Positions 1-12,799 of a stretch of 64,000 nucleotides of DNA are shown here, piece after piece. Each line of letters starts with the position of its first letter. Position 1 is the stretch's first letter. A program made the translations under genes and the position numbers. The stretch comes from Camelus dromedarius. Taxonomy: Eukaryota. The notes under the pieces were generated by a model, which did not search any database, was not told the origin of the DNA, and saw only the letters and a list, made by a program, of their open reading frames with translations. The stretch covers positions 113,646,001 to 113,710,000 of the forward strand of contig NC_087438.1 of assembly GCF_036321535.1 (NCBI RefSeq), in the 5' to 3' direction.

Positions 1-403
1 GTAAGAGAAGGACTCGGCGTAACCTGACCCAACGAACCTGCCCCAAAGGGGATGGGAGTGCCAGACCGCAGGGAACCAGAGTTGTCAATCGGCCTGAGCA
101 CAAGGAACCTGAGCTGTCAATCAGTCTGATCACTCAAAGAACCTGAGCCACAAATCAATCAATCACGAAAAAGCCCCTGAGCCAGGATATAACAACAGGA
201 AGAACAAAGGAACAGCGCCGTTTTCCCTTTTACCCTTTCATGGATTGGCCTGCTCCCAATTCTCGGGTGTGTACCATCTTTTCACTAATAAAAATCTTGT
301 TTATGTCATGCTTTTTGTCTCTTGTCAAAATTCTTTTTTTTTTTTTGGGGGGGGGTGAATAAGAACTGAGGTAATTCTTATTTCCCTTTTCCCGGTGGTC
401 ACA
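1..403 (+). mobile_element. ERV LTR, 3' part (runs off the window start)
   Basis: Internally repeated U3-like motifs (aacctgagc, tgtcaatc), AATAAA at 287-292, U5-like T-rich segment ending ...ggtcaca (CA terminus). Confidence 0.6.
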
Positions 404-611
404 GAATAAGTGGCTGTCCACAGTCACCCTGGGATTAGATCAAGCCTTGTTTTGTCAAAGCGCCATCCAACGCAGGGGCACTTTAAGTAAATTATGTCAG
501 TAACTGTTGAGAAGCCATCAGCCCAAGAGATGCATTTAGCTGTGTGGACCAGAAGTAGTTCCTATCTCCAAGGCCTAGAAAAGGAGAGTAAATAAAATAA
601 AGACTTTTTTA

Positions 612-750
612 GGGGGAAGGTGTAGCTCTGTGGTAGAGTGCATGCCTGGCATGCATGAGGTCCTGGGTTCAATCTCCGATACCTCCACCAAAAGAAAGAA
701 GTACATAAACCCAATTACCTCCCAACTGAAAAACAAATTTTTTTAAAGAA
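612..750 (+). mobile_element. tRNA-Ala-derived SINE (Vic-1-like)
   Basis: gtagctctgtggtagagtgcatg...ggttcaatc head with A/B boxes, followed by the family tail (aaacccaattacctccc) and A/T run. Confidence 0.85.
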
Positions 751-1045
751 ATATTTTTGTACCAGTCTCTCCTTTGCTGACCCAGTGTCCAGGTAACCCA
801 GGAGAAACACTGGGGGTCTGAGGGCAGGCGTGGGGTGTGATATGAGGTGGGTAAGATTGAGTCGGGGGGGGATGAAACAACCCAGAGTGGGACTGACTTT
901 TCTCAAATGCTGACTCGTGGCTGTGCAGTAGTACTTTGGGGAGTTGTGTTCTTAGACACCATTGTGTTGAACCAGGTCAGCTTAGTAGTGAAATGTGTAG
1001 CTCCAGGTCTAAACCTAGGTCCATCCCTTACCTCCTGTGTGCTCT

Positions 1046-1418
1046 TGTCACCGCAGAATCAGCCCCAAGACAGCCCCGTCCTGGTTCTCACAAGACCCTG
1101 AGCTGTTTTTCAGAGACAAAGAACAAAACAAGTGCTGCAGCCAAAGCACGCGCAGAGGAGAGAATCTGGACCTCACACAGCACCCGGAACCAAACTTTCT
1201 CCTCCCCTTCCACCAACGCACGGAACCAAAAAGCCGGGACATGACCGGAAAGGAAGGCCGGAAGTTTGACGGAACCCCAGAAGGGGAGACAGATTTGAGC
1301 CGCGCCTCCTGTCTCCTGGCAGGTGGGCCTCACAATAAAGTTCTTTCTTTTCTCCAAAGTCGGTGTCGTCATATTGGCTACTTTGTGCCCTGGGCAGCGA
1401 GCCCTATGCCCTGTGACA
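1046..1418 (+). mobile_element. Solo ERV1-type LTR inserted into a MIR
   Basis: Perfect terminal inverted repeat TGTCAC...GTGACA, AATAAA at 1334-1339, near 4-bp TSD (ctct/atct), MIR core resumes after 1418. Confidence 0.7.
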
Positions 1419-1866
1419 ATCTGAAGTCAGGTTTGTTGCCTCTCTGAGCCTGAGTTTCCTAACCTGTGAAATGGGATGATAGTAACCCAAGGTACTTATT
1501 AAATGAGATCAGTTGCCAACAGTCAGCGTAGTGCACTATCTTGAAATACTTTTCTAGGCCCAAGATGGAGCCACTCCAGCCTGGGGTGCCAAGTCAGCAA
1601 ACCAAAACTTAGATCACTTCCACGTCCCTGTAAATGCTCCGCCTGATCACAGACACAGTCTACCCACCTGGTCAGCCAGTCCCCGAGAACCAAGCTAACT
1701 CTGGGCTCTGTACTTACTTCCTGGTTCCTTATTAATTTTCTGATTTTCTCTTCCTTGTTCCTTATTCTTTACCCTATCAAAAGCGTCCTGCCTTCTGCCC
1801 CATTTTGCAGTTCTTTGGACACTTGGGAACGTAGACTGCCCGTTTCGTGAAGTGTTAAAGCGTTTG

Positions 1867-2449
1867 TGTTGCCAAACACAAGTACGTATGCCTGACACAC
1901 AGTGAGGCCAAACCAACCGAAACATCGGAGTTTGGAGAAGAGAAAAGTTTATTGCAGGGTTGAGCAAGGATGGGCAGCTAATACTCAAAAAAGAACAAAA
2001 AACAAAAACAAAAAAACTGGAACTCTTCATTGGTTTGGAGGAGGAAAGTTTTTATAGACAAAACTTGGGGTGAGGGCTGCAGGATGTGTGACTTTCTTCT
2101 GATTGGTTGGTGGGAAGGTAACAGGGCGATGCTCCAGGAACCTTGTGCTCAGCCCGTTTGCCATCCTCCTCCTGGGTCGGGGCCTTAGATCCGGCAGAAA
2201 AACTCCAGATGTAGTTATGTATATTCCCCGAGGAGGAACCAGGACCCTGCCCCAAGGCTGCACCATTGTTTCTTGACTGTTCCTCCCTTGTCTCTGCACT
2301 CCCTCCCTTCCCTGATTTGAGTCTGCCTTTTGGAACTCAGGGAAGGTCAAGGAGGCTGACTGAAACCTATTTCTTATACACAAGGAATGGGGGGAAAGGA
2401 TTTGTACCTGGGAGGACCCACAGGGTCCTGCTGTTTTTCGTTTGTATCA
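1867..2449 (-). mobile_element. Solo ERV LTR
   Basis: On the - strand: CCAAT (2101-2106), TATAAAAA (2049-2056), AATAAA (1948-1953) in canonical U3-R-U5 order; TG/CA termini. Confidence 0.7.
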
Positions 2450-2814
2450 TGTAAATTGTCATCTTTAGTCATTTTTAACAGCACTCAGTACAGGGGAGCA
2501 GCGGGATAATTAGCTATCTTTTCATCCAAATGAAATGTTGAGATCCAGAGTAGACATGACTGCCGGTTGGTGGCAGAGCATAGAACTCATTGCTCTTGGC
2601 TCACACTCTTTCCACTCTCTCTGGTGGCTGCCATTTCTTGTCCCCAAGGGCCTTTGGTCTAAGAGGGGAGCCTGAACATGTAAAACATAAATCTCAGGAA
2701 GCTTCAAGGATGACAAATGAGGCTTAGTATGTGCAGTAAAGTAAATCCATGCCTTGTGATGCTAGAATCTTCAGAAAGAACTCCCTACCCAGAGGGATGG
2801 TGACAAATAGAATG

Positions 2815-2910
2815 TTTTTAAAAAATTTTTTTCTAATGGAGGTACCGGGGATTGAACCCAGGACCTCTTACATGTTAAGCACACACTCAGCTACTGAGCT
2901 ATTCCCACCT
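2815..2910 (-). mobile_element. tRNA-Ala-derived SINE (Vic-1-like)
   Basis: Reverse complement of the SINE head (ggaggtaccggggattgaacccaggacc...actgagcta) with T-rich tail on the left. Confidence 0.85.
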
Positions 2911-5748
2911 CTTGACAAATACAGTTTACTGAGTACTTTCTCATGTGCAAGACACTGGTTGAGGGCCTAAAACGATTGTTACTTAATCTCCAGCACAACC
3001 CTAGGAAGTAGGAGCTGTCATGACTCCCCTTTTATAGACGTGGAAATTAAGGCCATAAGAAGTGTAACTGGTTCAAGGCATATGAAGAAAGTTCTAAGTG
3101 GAGTTATGCAGCATCCCCTCCTTTCCCCCCCACAGATTGCTGTTCCAGTAGTAAAGAGTCCTCCCATCAGCACTGCCTCCTGCAAAAGTACAAGGCTGTG
3201 GGGGAGGAGGGTGTGGCTCAAGCATGCCTAGCCTGCATGCCTAGATATTTAGCAAAAAACCTCCAAAAACTAACCTCAGCTCGACCTGGACCCCCTTCCT
3301 CTAATCTCCTTACACCATCCCATCAGTGGCCTTGAGCCTTGCTTGGCCATCTCTAAGAGGGTGGGAACGTCCTTTATTCCAGGCAGTTCATTCTTCAAAC
3401 AGCAAGATTCTATAGACACGTCTCCCATCCGGTGAGACAGTGTTACCTCCCAGAGCCTGGGGTCCTGGAAAGCAAGCCAGCTGCCAGCTTCCAGGCAGCT
3501 CTGCAGATGAGAGCCCTGGGCCGGTCTCAGCCCACCCCTCCGTCCTGGAAGGCTTCTGAGAGGCAGGGAGTCCAGGCCTCCCATCCAGCTGCTTGTCTCC
3601 TCTGTAAAGGCTCCCTCTGGAAACAAGGGGACCAGAGAAGAGAGCGGTGCTGCTTCAGAAAGGATGCCCTCATCCCTGCTGAGAGCAGTGTGGAGGGAGG
3701 GAGCCTAAAGCCCCGATCCAGGAAGTGTGGGCACAGAGATACCCTTCCACTGGCTCACGACACACTCTTGGTCAGAGACTGGATTGCACCTTCCTGGGCC
3801 CAGGTTAGTCTTTCTGCAAAATTAGGAGGCTGGATTACATTGAGTTTGCAAACCCAAATGCTCACTGGGGCCAAGCTAATAATAGAAACATCTAGGAATA
3901 TTCAGTTCCTCTACAAAGAAGGTTCTCTTCTGATTTCTTTAAAACATGCGACTCTCTCATTTTCTGTTTCTAATGGAGCCCTGGAGGCAAACAATCCAAA
4001 ATAATAAAGACAAAAGTGCCAACGGTGAAGGAAATGGTAATGGGCAGTGGGTCTCAGTGGAGGGGACAAAAGGGGACTGTTGCCCACTCCCTATCTGCAG
4101 GGGCAGCTGTGGGATGTCACCTCTTGGTCTACTCAAGTGGCTGACAGAGCATCACCAGTGAGGACACGTAGACCTGGTGTTAGCAGATCTTACGAGCTTT
4201 CAAAAGTGGCTGGACACATGAATTTTTATGTGAAATCTCCCAATTTTTAAAATGTTGGCTCAGATTTTTCTTAAACAGAGGGAGGGCCAAATACAACATG
4301 TTCTGAACCGTGATCCGCCAGTCTGTAATCTCTGGAGGTGTTTTTAAAGCTCCTTTTCTGCTGGAACGTTCTGTGGAGGGACAAGTGAAGAGAGGAGGAG
4401 GGCGGGAAGGAAGGAAGGATGGCAGGAGCCGCAGGGGAATCTCTCTGAGACCTGGTTTGTCCTCTGCTGAGCCTCTGAATCTCTGCCGGTTCAGCAAAAA
4501 GGAGGGGAAGAGGGAGGGGAAGGCCTGGCCTTTCCAGGCTGTAAGGCTTTGTTTAGTAAACCATCCTTTCCTCTAGCTTTCAGCTCTCCTTTGGGAGAAG
4601 CATAATGGCCCCAGGCCTCTAGAGTGTCTGAACAGGTTTGAACAGGATGCTCCGGTCTGTGGTTGGAGGGGCGGTGCCCCACCTCCCAGGGCTGGTGGAT
4701 GGAGGGGAGGAGAGGGGAGACTGGGCATCCTCGGCCAGAGGCGGGCCCTGGGCTTCGGCCTCAGGCTGGACTCCCGCCTGCTCCCTGGCTTGCTTCTAGC
4801 TCCCGAGGAGCCCCGGATATCTTTCCAACTGGGCCTCCGTGTCAAGAAGGGAGTTTACAGTCCACAGTCAGCATGGCTGCCCGCCAGCCTGGCAGATGGC
4901 CAGAGCCCAGAGCACACTGGGAAGGAGCATAACCAAGGCCCCTGGTGGGCAGCTGTGACCCAGAGTCTTCCAGCAGTGCGAGGGGAGGAGGATACCGGGG
5001 CGCCTTTCCTCCCCCCACCGACCCCTCAGGCTCCCTGGAGTCAGGCAACAGCCAGGGACAGGATGGCGCTCCCTGGGGCACCAGGGAAGCAGCTGTCACA
5101 AAAGGGCTGCAAGAACCCACTTTTAAGGGACCTTTCAGCTCTGACCCTCTGAGACTCTGTGAGTCCATGACTACGATTCAGCTTTTCTCACACTGTAGAC
5201 CTCTCTCTGTATAGTAGACACCTCTGGTTTTCCCTCGCCAGGAATCCACTTCGTTCCTTCTGTTAGCAGCACCCTAGTTACCCTCCGGGAAACCACCCCT
5301 CCTCCACTCTCAGTCCAGGCAGATTGGGTGAGGCTGACCTGGCCTCTCTACCTGCCTGGCTCCAGGGCAGGTGTGTGTGCTGGGCCGGGCCCGGCTGATC
5401 AGCCGATTTCTTCCTCTGCTGGGTCCAATGAGACCCAACCCAAGGAATTTTGCTGGAACTCTTGGGAAAAGAGGCACTGCCAGCAATTGGCTTCCCGCAC
5501 ATCTGGAGGTGCTGGAGACCATCTGGCCGTGACATGGGAGGAGCCTGCTTGAGGACGAAGCCATCACAGGAAAAGACAGCGTGGAAAAAGAGGGTGAGAA
5601 GTAGAGGGAGGGCGAGGGGACCAGACTGAAGGATGCATTGATTTGTCAGCTGAGACTTGACAAAATGGTTTCAGCCCCTGGATCCAGCTATAACTGATGA
5701 AGTATTGAATCCCTGGACTTTTCAGTGAAAAAGTCAAGAATATGCCGC

Positions 5749-6204
5749 TGTGGCATAAAAATCACTTTGAGCAGAAAGCATTTGAGTTCTTGCTATCTCT
5801 TACTTGCCTAAAAGCATAGCTTCTCAAAAGAACTCAACTGTCCTAAATCCCTCCCTGGGGAGCAAAAAGGGAAGACTGACCAGAGACTGGAATTACCTGC
5901 CTGAACAGACATTGTCCTAAAGCTATCATATCTCTCATCTAGTCTCCTAAGGGCCCATTTCTCTTTCCTCAAAGTCACTTGTTTTCCTATAAGTGCCCTT
6001 CTCCCTCCTCCCCTTCCCCTACTAAGATGGTCTATAAACCCCAAATTCTAACCACCTCCTTAAGTCACATTTTTATGTAAACTCCTGCATATTAAGTGAT
6101 TAAACTTATCTTTTTTATTACTGATCTGGCTGTTGTTGGTTTAATCTGCGGGCCCCCAAATACAAAACCTAAGAGGGTAGAAGGAAGGTTTTTCTTCTTT
6201 TACA
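5749..6204 (+). mobile_element. Solo LTR, MER34/MER39-like (ERV1)
   Basis: TG...CA termini, ctataaa TATA-like motif, attaaa, and 3' end aacctaagagggtagaaggaagg...ttttaca typical of the MER31/34/39 group (from memory of consensus). Confidence 0.6.
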
Positions 6205-6554
6205 TCAGTTTTACCAACAAAAAATCTACCTCTGACATTGGCTTCCAGGACTCCAACATTCCACGTGAGATTATTATATAATTATATTATGTAATTATGA
6301 TTTACTCTGTAATTTGCCTAAGGAGTAAGTTCTATTTTATCTACTTTTGGGGGGGGTGGACAGAGACTCCAGCAAGGACCTGGGCCTCTGAAATCCTGCC
6401 CTGGTTGCCTGCAACTACAGGAATTTTCCCAAGAAGCCAAGGATCCTGGCTGCATTCCTGCCCTGTCAGCACCCCCAACATAAACCCTAGGCAGCCCTGG
6501 CCAGCGCCTCGACTTGCAAAAGGGAATGTCCCAGGTCCCAGTGGTGCCCTTTAG

Positions 6555-6900
6555 TCATTCATTTGTTAATTCAACACACATTTATGGAGTATCAATTGTG
6601 TTTAGAAATGAAGTTCTCAACCTCTGAGACCTTAGAATTTGGGAAGGAAAACAGACCAGGAAGAAGAAATTCATCAGAACGTGATTACTGCTATGTGAGA
6701 AATAAACACAGAGAAGGTACCTCTAGGCTGGGGAGAGTGGCCGGCATGTCACAGAAGCTTCCTGAAGGAAGTAACCACTGAGCTGAATTCCACAGGATGA
6801 TAAGGAGTCAGGTGAACAGAGGGGAAAGGAAATGCTGTCCAGGCAGGTCAACGGAGCAGCGTGACATTCAACCTGCAGGGGATGAGAGAGGCTGAGGCCG
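6555..6900 (-). mobile_element. L2 fragment
   Basis: cattcatttgttaattcaacacacatttatggag resembles the reverse of the L2 3' terminus; degenerate L2 body follows. Confidence 0.55.
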
Positions 6901-7818
6901 TCAAGGGGACTGGCTGGGGCAGAGCTGGCGTGGGGAGAGGTGCAGGGCATTTCCACCAGGGAATGAGGGAATGAAAGGGGCTTTGACGAGGACTGCTTCC
7001 TGCAGGTACACACACACAGATGGCAAGCGACACAGCTCAGCCCCAAATCTGAAGCCCGGGCCAAGCCAGATTTGTGCCCACAGAGGAGAAGACACGCTAA
7101 AGGATCTCCAGCTCGGGTTCCGGTCAGAGCTGCGCACAGAGCCCCAGAGCTCAAGTCTTGGGAGCTCGGTGCCCACAGCGAAAGCTTGGGTTTTCCTATC
7201 GGCAATGACTGAAGGCAGGGCCCAGAGCCTCATCTTCCATCTCATCTCCCACTCCCGATTCCTCCCTTTCCCACGCAGTCCTTGAGCTCTGCAGGGCCTG
7301 TGAGGACAGGCAACCCTGGGCCCCCATCCTAGCTGGGCTAAGAAGCGTGGCCTTCATACTCAACCTGTCTGTGTCCGTCCCCTTTTCTGCAAAACAAAGT
7401 AATGATAGTAGGGATTCAATATAGTAAGGTGTATCTGGGGACACAGTCAGGAATTCATTTCTTTACTCTGTCTTTTTACATTGCCTGCAAAGCCTCCCTT
7501 TCTTTGGGGATCCACACCATTCTAGGTGCTCCGTTGAGACTTTCCATCACAGCACCTTGGCCTCTTCCAGGCCACAGGGATGGGGCACTGACCAGCCAGC
7601 CAGTCACGCTATCTTCTTCTTGGCAACAGTGGTGAGTCCCCAGGATGGACTCAAGACACAAGCAAGCTAACCAGAGTCTGGGTCTCTCCTCTCTGGGGTT
7701 ACAGATCTAGGAGAATGTGAGTTTGGAGAGAGACCATCTACCCGTGGATAAAGTCACTTCTTAGAAGGAAATAAAGCAAAGACGATGATGTTGATGACGA
7801 CATCAAGATGCACTGCTT

Positions 7819-7980
7819 GGCGGGGAGGGGATAGCTCAGTGGTAGAGTGTGTGCTTAGCAGGCAGGAGGTCCTTGGTTCAATCCCCAGTACCTCTATTAA
7901 AGTAAAATAAAATAAAATAAAAATAAATAAACCTAATTACCTATCCCCTGCCAAAAAAAAATTTTTTTTTAATTAAAAAA
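7819..7980 (+). mobile_element. tRNA-Ala-derived SINE (Vic-1-like) with TSD
   Basis: Full head, (AAAAT)n linker and tail; 14-bp TSD aagatgcaYtgctt at 7805-7818 and 7979-7992. Confidence 0.9.
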
Positions 7981-8469
7981 GATGCATTGCTTAAAGCCAA
8001 ATCCACTCCTGGACTTCCCAGTTTGCAGAACAAATTCATTCACATTTGCCCTAAGTCAATCTAGTTGGGTTTCCTTTACGTGTAGCTCCAAGACTCTTAA
8101 GCCATTTGGCACGTAAAACCCTGAGCACAATTATCTACCACCACAGAAGAGCTCAGCGACCAATAAGGAGGGGGAAAGTGGTCTTAAGCTCCTTCTCCAT
8201 CCCCTCTTCCCATCCAGGACACAGTCTCACCCATTTCCTTCTGGCCTGGGGAGCAGGATGCTGGCTGTGTTGGCTTCCCATTTGCAAGGATGGGCTGTGG
8301 GTGAGGAAATGGTGACAGGCAGGCCAAACACCCAGTGCCCACCAGGTACACTGGAGCTGCGGCAGCCCATCCAAGGTCCCAGCCTGCCCACCGCATGTGA
8401 TCTGGGGGGGGCTGCATGGTGGGGCGGCTGCATGCTGGAGTCCCACTGACTTGGTCTGAATCTTGTCGC

Positions 8470-8800
8470 TACAGCTGCGTGACCTTAGTCACCTTATCTT
8501 TCTGTGCTTCTGTTTCCTTATCTATCAAACTGGGACAATAACAGCTCCTGCCTCTCAGAGAAGTTGTGAGGACTAAATGAGAAAAAATGAATAAACCTAA
8601 GCTTGGTACTATGCTTGATATATTCCAGGCATTGTTCTAAGCACTTTACAAACTATGAGTCCAGCTGACTTCCACAGTAAGCTAAGGAGATAGGTACTAT
8701 TATTATTATTATAATTCCCATTTTACAGATGAAGCAACCGAGGCACGGAGAGGTCAATAACTTGCCCAGGATCTCACAGGGTTTGACCTGAGTCCACATG
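8470..8800. mobile_element. Two tail-to-tail MIR elements
   Basis: + strand MIR core (gtgacctt...tgtttccttatctatcaaactggg) then - strand MIR (cccattttacagatgaagcaaccgaggcac). Confidence 0.7.
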
Positions 8801-10591
8801 CTCACCCATTGCATCAGTAGTGGTCCAGGCAGGAAACCAAAACCCACACCACAGAGCTCAGGAGTAGGAATTTAATATGGGCAACTAGTTAGACAAGGGC
8901 TAGAAGAGATGAAAACCAAGGCAAAGTGGGGCAACCTGGAGACTGACAACGGTGGGAAGGACATCACTACCCAGGGACTTTGGCCACGTGGTAGGAGCTA
9001 GGACACCTGAGGCAGGGGCCATCCTCTGGAGTCACTGCCAGAGGCGGCAGGAGCGGTGGTGTGAAGGATACATCCCGACTTCTCCCCACCCCCTGCTCTC
9101 TAATCTGCCAGTGCCTCCCGTTGGCCAAACTTAACAGGAAGCCAGTGGGCAGGGGAGCCTGGGAAATGTAGTTCAACACACCCAGATGAGAGCCCAGCAG
9201 GGGAAGGACAGGGCATGGCTCTGAGGATAAACAGTAAATGACCTGCATACCCACCGTGCGTCACTGCCTCCCCATCAAAATGCAGGGCACATAAAGGCAA
9301 CTGTGCCCATAAACAGGAATTTAGGTCCCTGACTCCTGGTTTACTATTGTGTCTGGTACAAGAGCAGTTATGGGCATTCTGGGACAGTGAAAGGCTGGGG
9401 AACAGGCAGTTGGGGCTCCTGATGGTGCCTCCTCCTCTGGGCCTCTGAACATCTGGAAGCTTCTACAGATGGCTCTAAACAGCTGGGTGCAGAGCTGCCA
9501 CAAGAAGCAAGCATCGTGTTTCTCTTGAGAGGGAGTGAAAGCAGCCTGAAGCTCCCCAGCCACCGCTTTGGGGTCGGAGAGAAATAGACGCAGCTGCTGC
9601 TGCTGCAAAACCGGAGGCAAATAAGTGGGGTAAGGTGTCCCCCAGCTCCCCACACCCTCCTTTTGCAAAGGCCATCATCTCTGTCCCTGCAGAGTTCCAA
9701 TATTTTCCTCACCCCTGCGGGCTCTGACACAACCTCAGTGAGCAGCTGGGACGCAGGATCCCACAGGCGACAGCACGGGCAAGGGCCAAAGGTCCAGGCC
9801 AGAACCCGAGAGATGCAGAGCCTGAGCCTGTCCTGCCAGGATGGCGGAGAGATGCTGGTGGGAACGTTTCCCTTGGACCAGAATTCTGCCTCTAGGGATG
9901 TATCACGCAGATAATCTTACACAAGTGCATAAAGGCTCCTGGGCAAGGCTATTCACTGCGGTGTGGGTTATGATTCACAGAAGACTAGGGGGGAAAAAGT
10001 AGCCAATAGGAGGTGATTTGCTTAAGCAGATCCTGGTGCACTTGAACAATGGAACACTCTGTGCACCCACCAGGAAAGAGACATCTCTATGTGCTGAAAC
10101 AGGCTGCTCTTCGAGACAAATTATTAAGAGAAAAATGCAAGGCACAGAGCAGCGTGTCCAGTACGCTCATGTTCAGTTTGGTGGGGAGCAGGGAAGAAAC
10201 GTTTTGTGTGTATTTCTACACACATCTCTTGCTATCCACATCTACTTGGTTTCTGAATTCAGACAGTAGGGCTTCAAAGCAACGGATGCTACCTTATGGG
10301 AATCTCTGACTCCTAGATTTCATTTCAGATAGCAAACTGCAAGAGTTTGCTAGCAAATTGTTCATCCAAGAGGCTACCTGAATCCATGTGGTTCCTGAAT
10401 TGGAACAGCGTTTGGAAGACCAGGGTAGATAGCAGGGATATCTGTATAGGCAAAACACTCACACCTGTGCATGTGTGGACTCTCTTTTGGAAGGAATACA
10501 GAAAATTGGTTAGTAGTGTTGCTGTAAGGGAGGGTAATTCAGCCCTGGGGGAGTGGGGTAGAAGTGAGACTTGTTTTTCAGTTTACATATA

Positions 10592-11044
10592 TGTTGTGGT
10601 GATTTAAAAAACGTGGCCCTAAATTCTCTGAGAGGTGGGGGGTTCTGTGTCCCATACTGTTCCATCTGAGCGGGCTTACATCTGCTTAGACCAATGAAGG
10701 ATGGTGGAAGTGATGCTATGAAAAGTGATGCTTTTAAGACTAGGTCATCAAAGGTCATGTAGCGACACCAAAGACACTTTCTTCTTTCAGAAACCAGCCT
10801 CCATGCTGAGAGAAGTCTAAGCCACACGGAGTGCCCCGCTGTAGGCACTGTGGTCCCCAGTCCCACCTGAGCTCCAGCTAACATCATATGTAGTCATGTG
10901 AAGGAGCCATCTTGCAAGTTTAGCCCCAGTCAAGCATTCAGATGACCGTACTCAGCTGCCATGTGCTCATATGAACCAAGTCAGCCACAGAACTGCAAGG
11001 GACAATAATATATCGTTGTTTCAAGCCACTGAGTTTTGGCGTAG

Positions 11045-11078
<34 letters not shown>

Positions 11079-11090
11079 ATTAACTGGAAT
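10592..11090 (+). mobile_element. MLT1-type (ERVL-MaLR) LTR carrying a (TG)14 microsatellite
   Basis: tgtggtgatttaaaa start; gccacagaactg...ttgtttcaagccactgagttttgg 3' signature; (TG)14 at 11048-11075. Confidence 0.7.
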
Positions 11091-11699
11091 GTATATATTA
11101 TCACACATATTACCTACTCAAAACTAAGAGTATCTTCCTGGTAAACATACAGGGATGGTCCTAAAAGCTAAATGTGCTTGTATCTCATTTAGTCCTCACA
11201 AGTTCACTGTGATTATCTCCCTTTGATAAATGAGTAAACAGAAGTTCTGAGGGGTTCTTCGGTTACTTGCCCAGATCACACCTCACAGAAGGCAGCCCTG
11301 GGACATGAGACTAGGAGGCCTCTGCGTCCTCGGGCTAACCATCCCTCCTGGGACCCATTGTGGGCCTCACCTTCCCCAGTCGGGGGTTGAGAATAGGTGA
11401 GCGGTGGAAACCTCCAAGCCACGGGGCTGTGCTCAGTACCACAGAGGGGTGTAGGCGGTGTCGGGGGCTCAGCTCTGGGAAAGCCAACTCAGAGTTGCCA
11501 GATCGTTGGATTTTTTAAATACCAGCAAGAAATCGGATTTTTTTTTTTTTAAACTATGTAGACTGAAAAGAAAAACAAAAACAAAAGTCTGCGGATTTGC
11601 CTCTCTGGACTTGGAGATCTCCAAGGAGTCCTCGGCACAGACTTCCTGACTTTCCGCAGAGCCTCTCCAGGGAGACAGCGCAATTCCAGTCCCAGGAGG

Positions 11700-12430
11700 C
11701 TCAGATCTGAGAAAGGAGAGGGGTGGGGAAGACCGAGCCGCCGCAGCCACTCCCGCCGCCCGGCTCCCCGCGGGGGTGGGGAGACGGGGGTGCCGGGAAG
11801 CCAGGCCACCGGGGGCCACAGCAGGGCTGGGGGGCAGCCGAGCCTGCGGTAAATCAGTCACTCAGCCGCCAGGAGCTGCCCGCCTCCCCAGAGCTGTCAG
11901 CCCGCTCCCCGGGGCTGCGGGAGGCAGCAGGGCACCAGGGAAGACTGAATTTCCGTTGCAATGGGAAACCACCCCCGCCCACACCAGCCATTTTCTCCAC
12001 CTCTTCTGCTCACCCCACTGCTTTTCCAGTGGGAACCCTGCCCCTGCCTCCTCCCCCAGATCGACCCTCCTTAGCGGAGGGGGCGTCGATCTCGTCCTCA
12101 GCTGTCTCTCTGGGCCTCTCCCCCCACCCCACCTCCCAGTGTCTTCGATTTCCTCCTGAGCCTGCGGCCCATTCCATCTTCGGCTGACTTGTCTTCCTCT
12201 GAGATCCAGCCTGGTAGAGCGCAGCCGCGTGATTGATGAGCCAGGGAGCTCCGGCTGGCAGGCGGGTGGGCAGCCAGCCAGAGACGCGGCTCTCGCAAGA
12301 TAGCAGAGCCGCCCTGGGAGCGCCTCCAGCTACCAGGATGCTCCCTGGGGCCCCTCCCCCGCCGCCCAGGGTGACATGCCAGTCTCTGGACAGAGCAGAT
12401 AACCACCAGGGTGACTGGGTAGAGCACCTG
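11700..12430. promoter_or_regulatory. GC/CpG-rich block, candidate distal promoter or enhancer
   Basis: Local CpG enrichment (ccgagccgccgcagcc, cccgccgcccggctccccgcgggg) in non-repeat sequence. Confidence 0.45.
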
Positions 12431-12799
12431 GCAGAGCAGAGTCCCTCCGTCAGTGAGAGCCCTCTGCTCTTTCTCCACTCCAACAACAGAGAGCCAAGAA
12501 GATGAAGACTGCCAGCTCTTGAAGCTGGAAACGCTGTCATTCAGCCATGCCACTCGGTCCAGGTGTTTGTAGTTTCTTCATTCACTCATGCAGCATGAGG
12601 GTTTGCTCTGAGGATCAGCCCTTTGTTAAAACTGCTCATGTGGTCTTGAGGGGCTGGCTGATTTGAATCCAGGCTCCATCCCTTCCTCGCTACATGACCT
12701 TGGGCATGTCACTTCACCTCTCTAAGCTGCGGCTTCTCTCTCCGGGTTGCCGCTGGGAGATGCAGTCAGATAATACACTTAAAGTGCTGAGAACGGAGC

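Noticed and set aside
3202-3245. Additional SINE copy
   Set aside because: Only a short degenerate fragment without a B box; too weak to call
3432-4004. 190-aa ORF and similar 100-200 aa ORFs (29402-30004, 48186-48764, 60641-61354)
   Set aside because: No recognisable domain or splice context; they overlap repeats or are off-frame shadows of CCNJL
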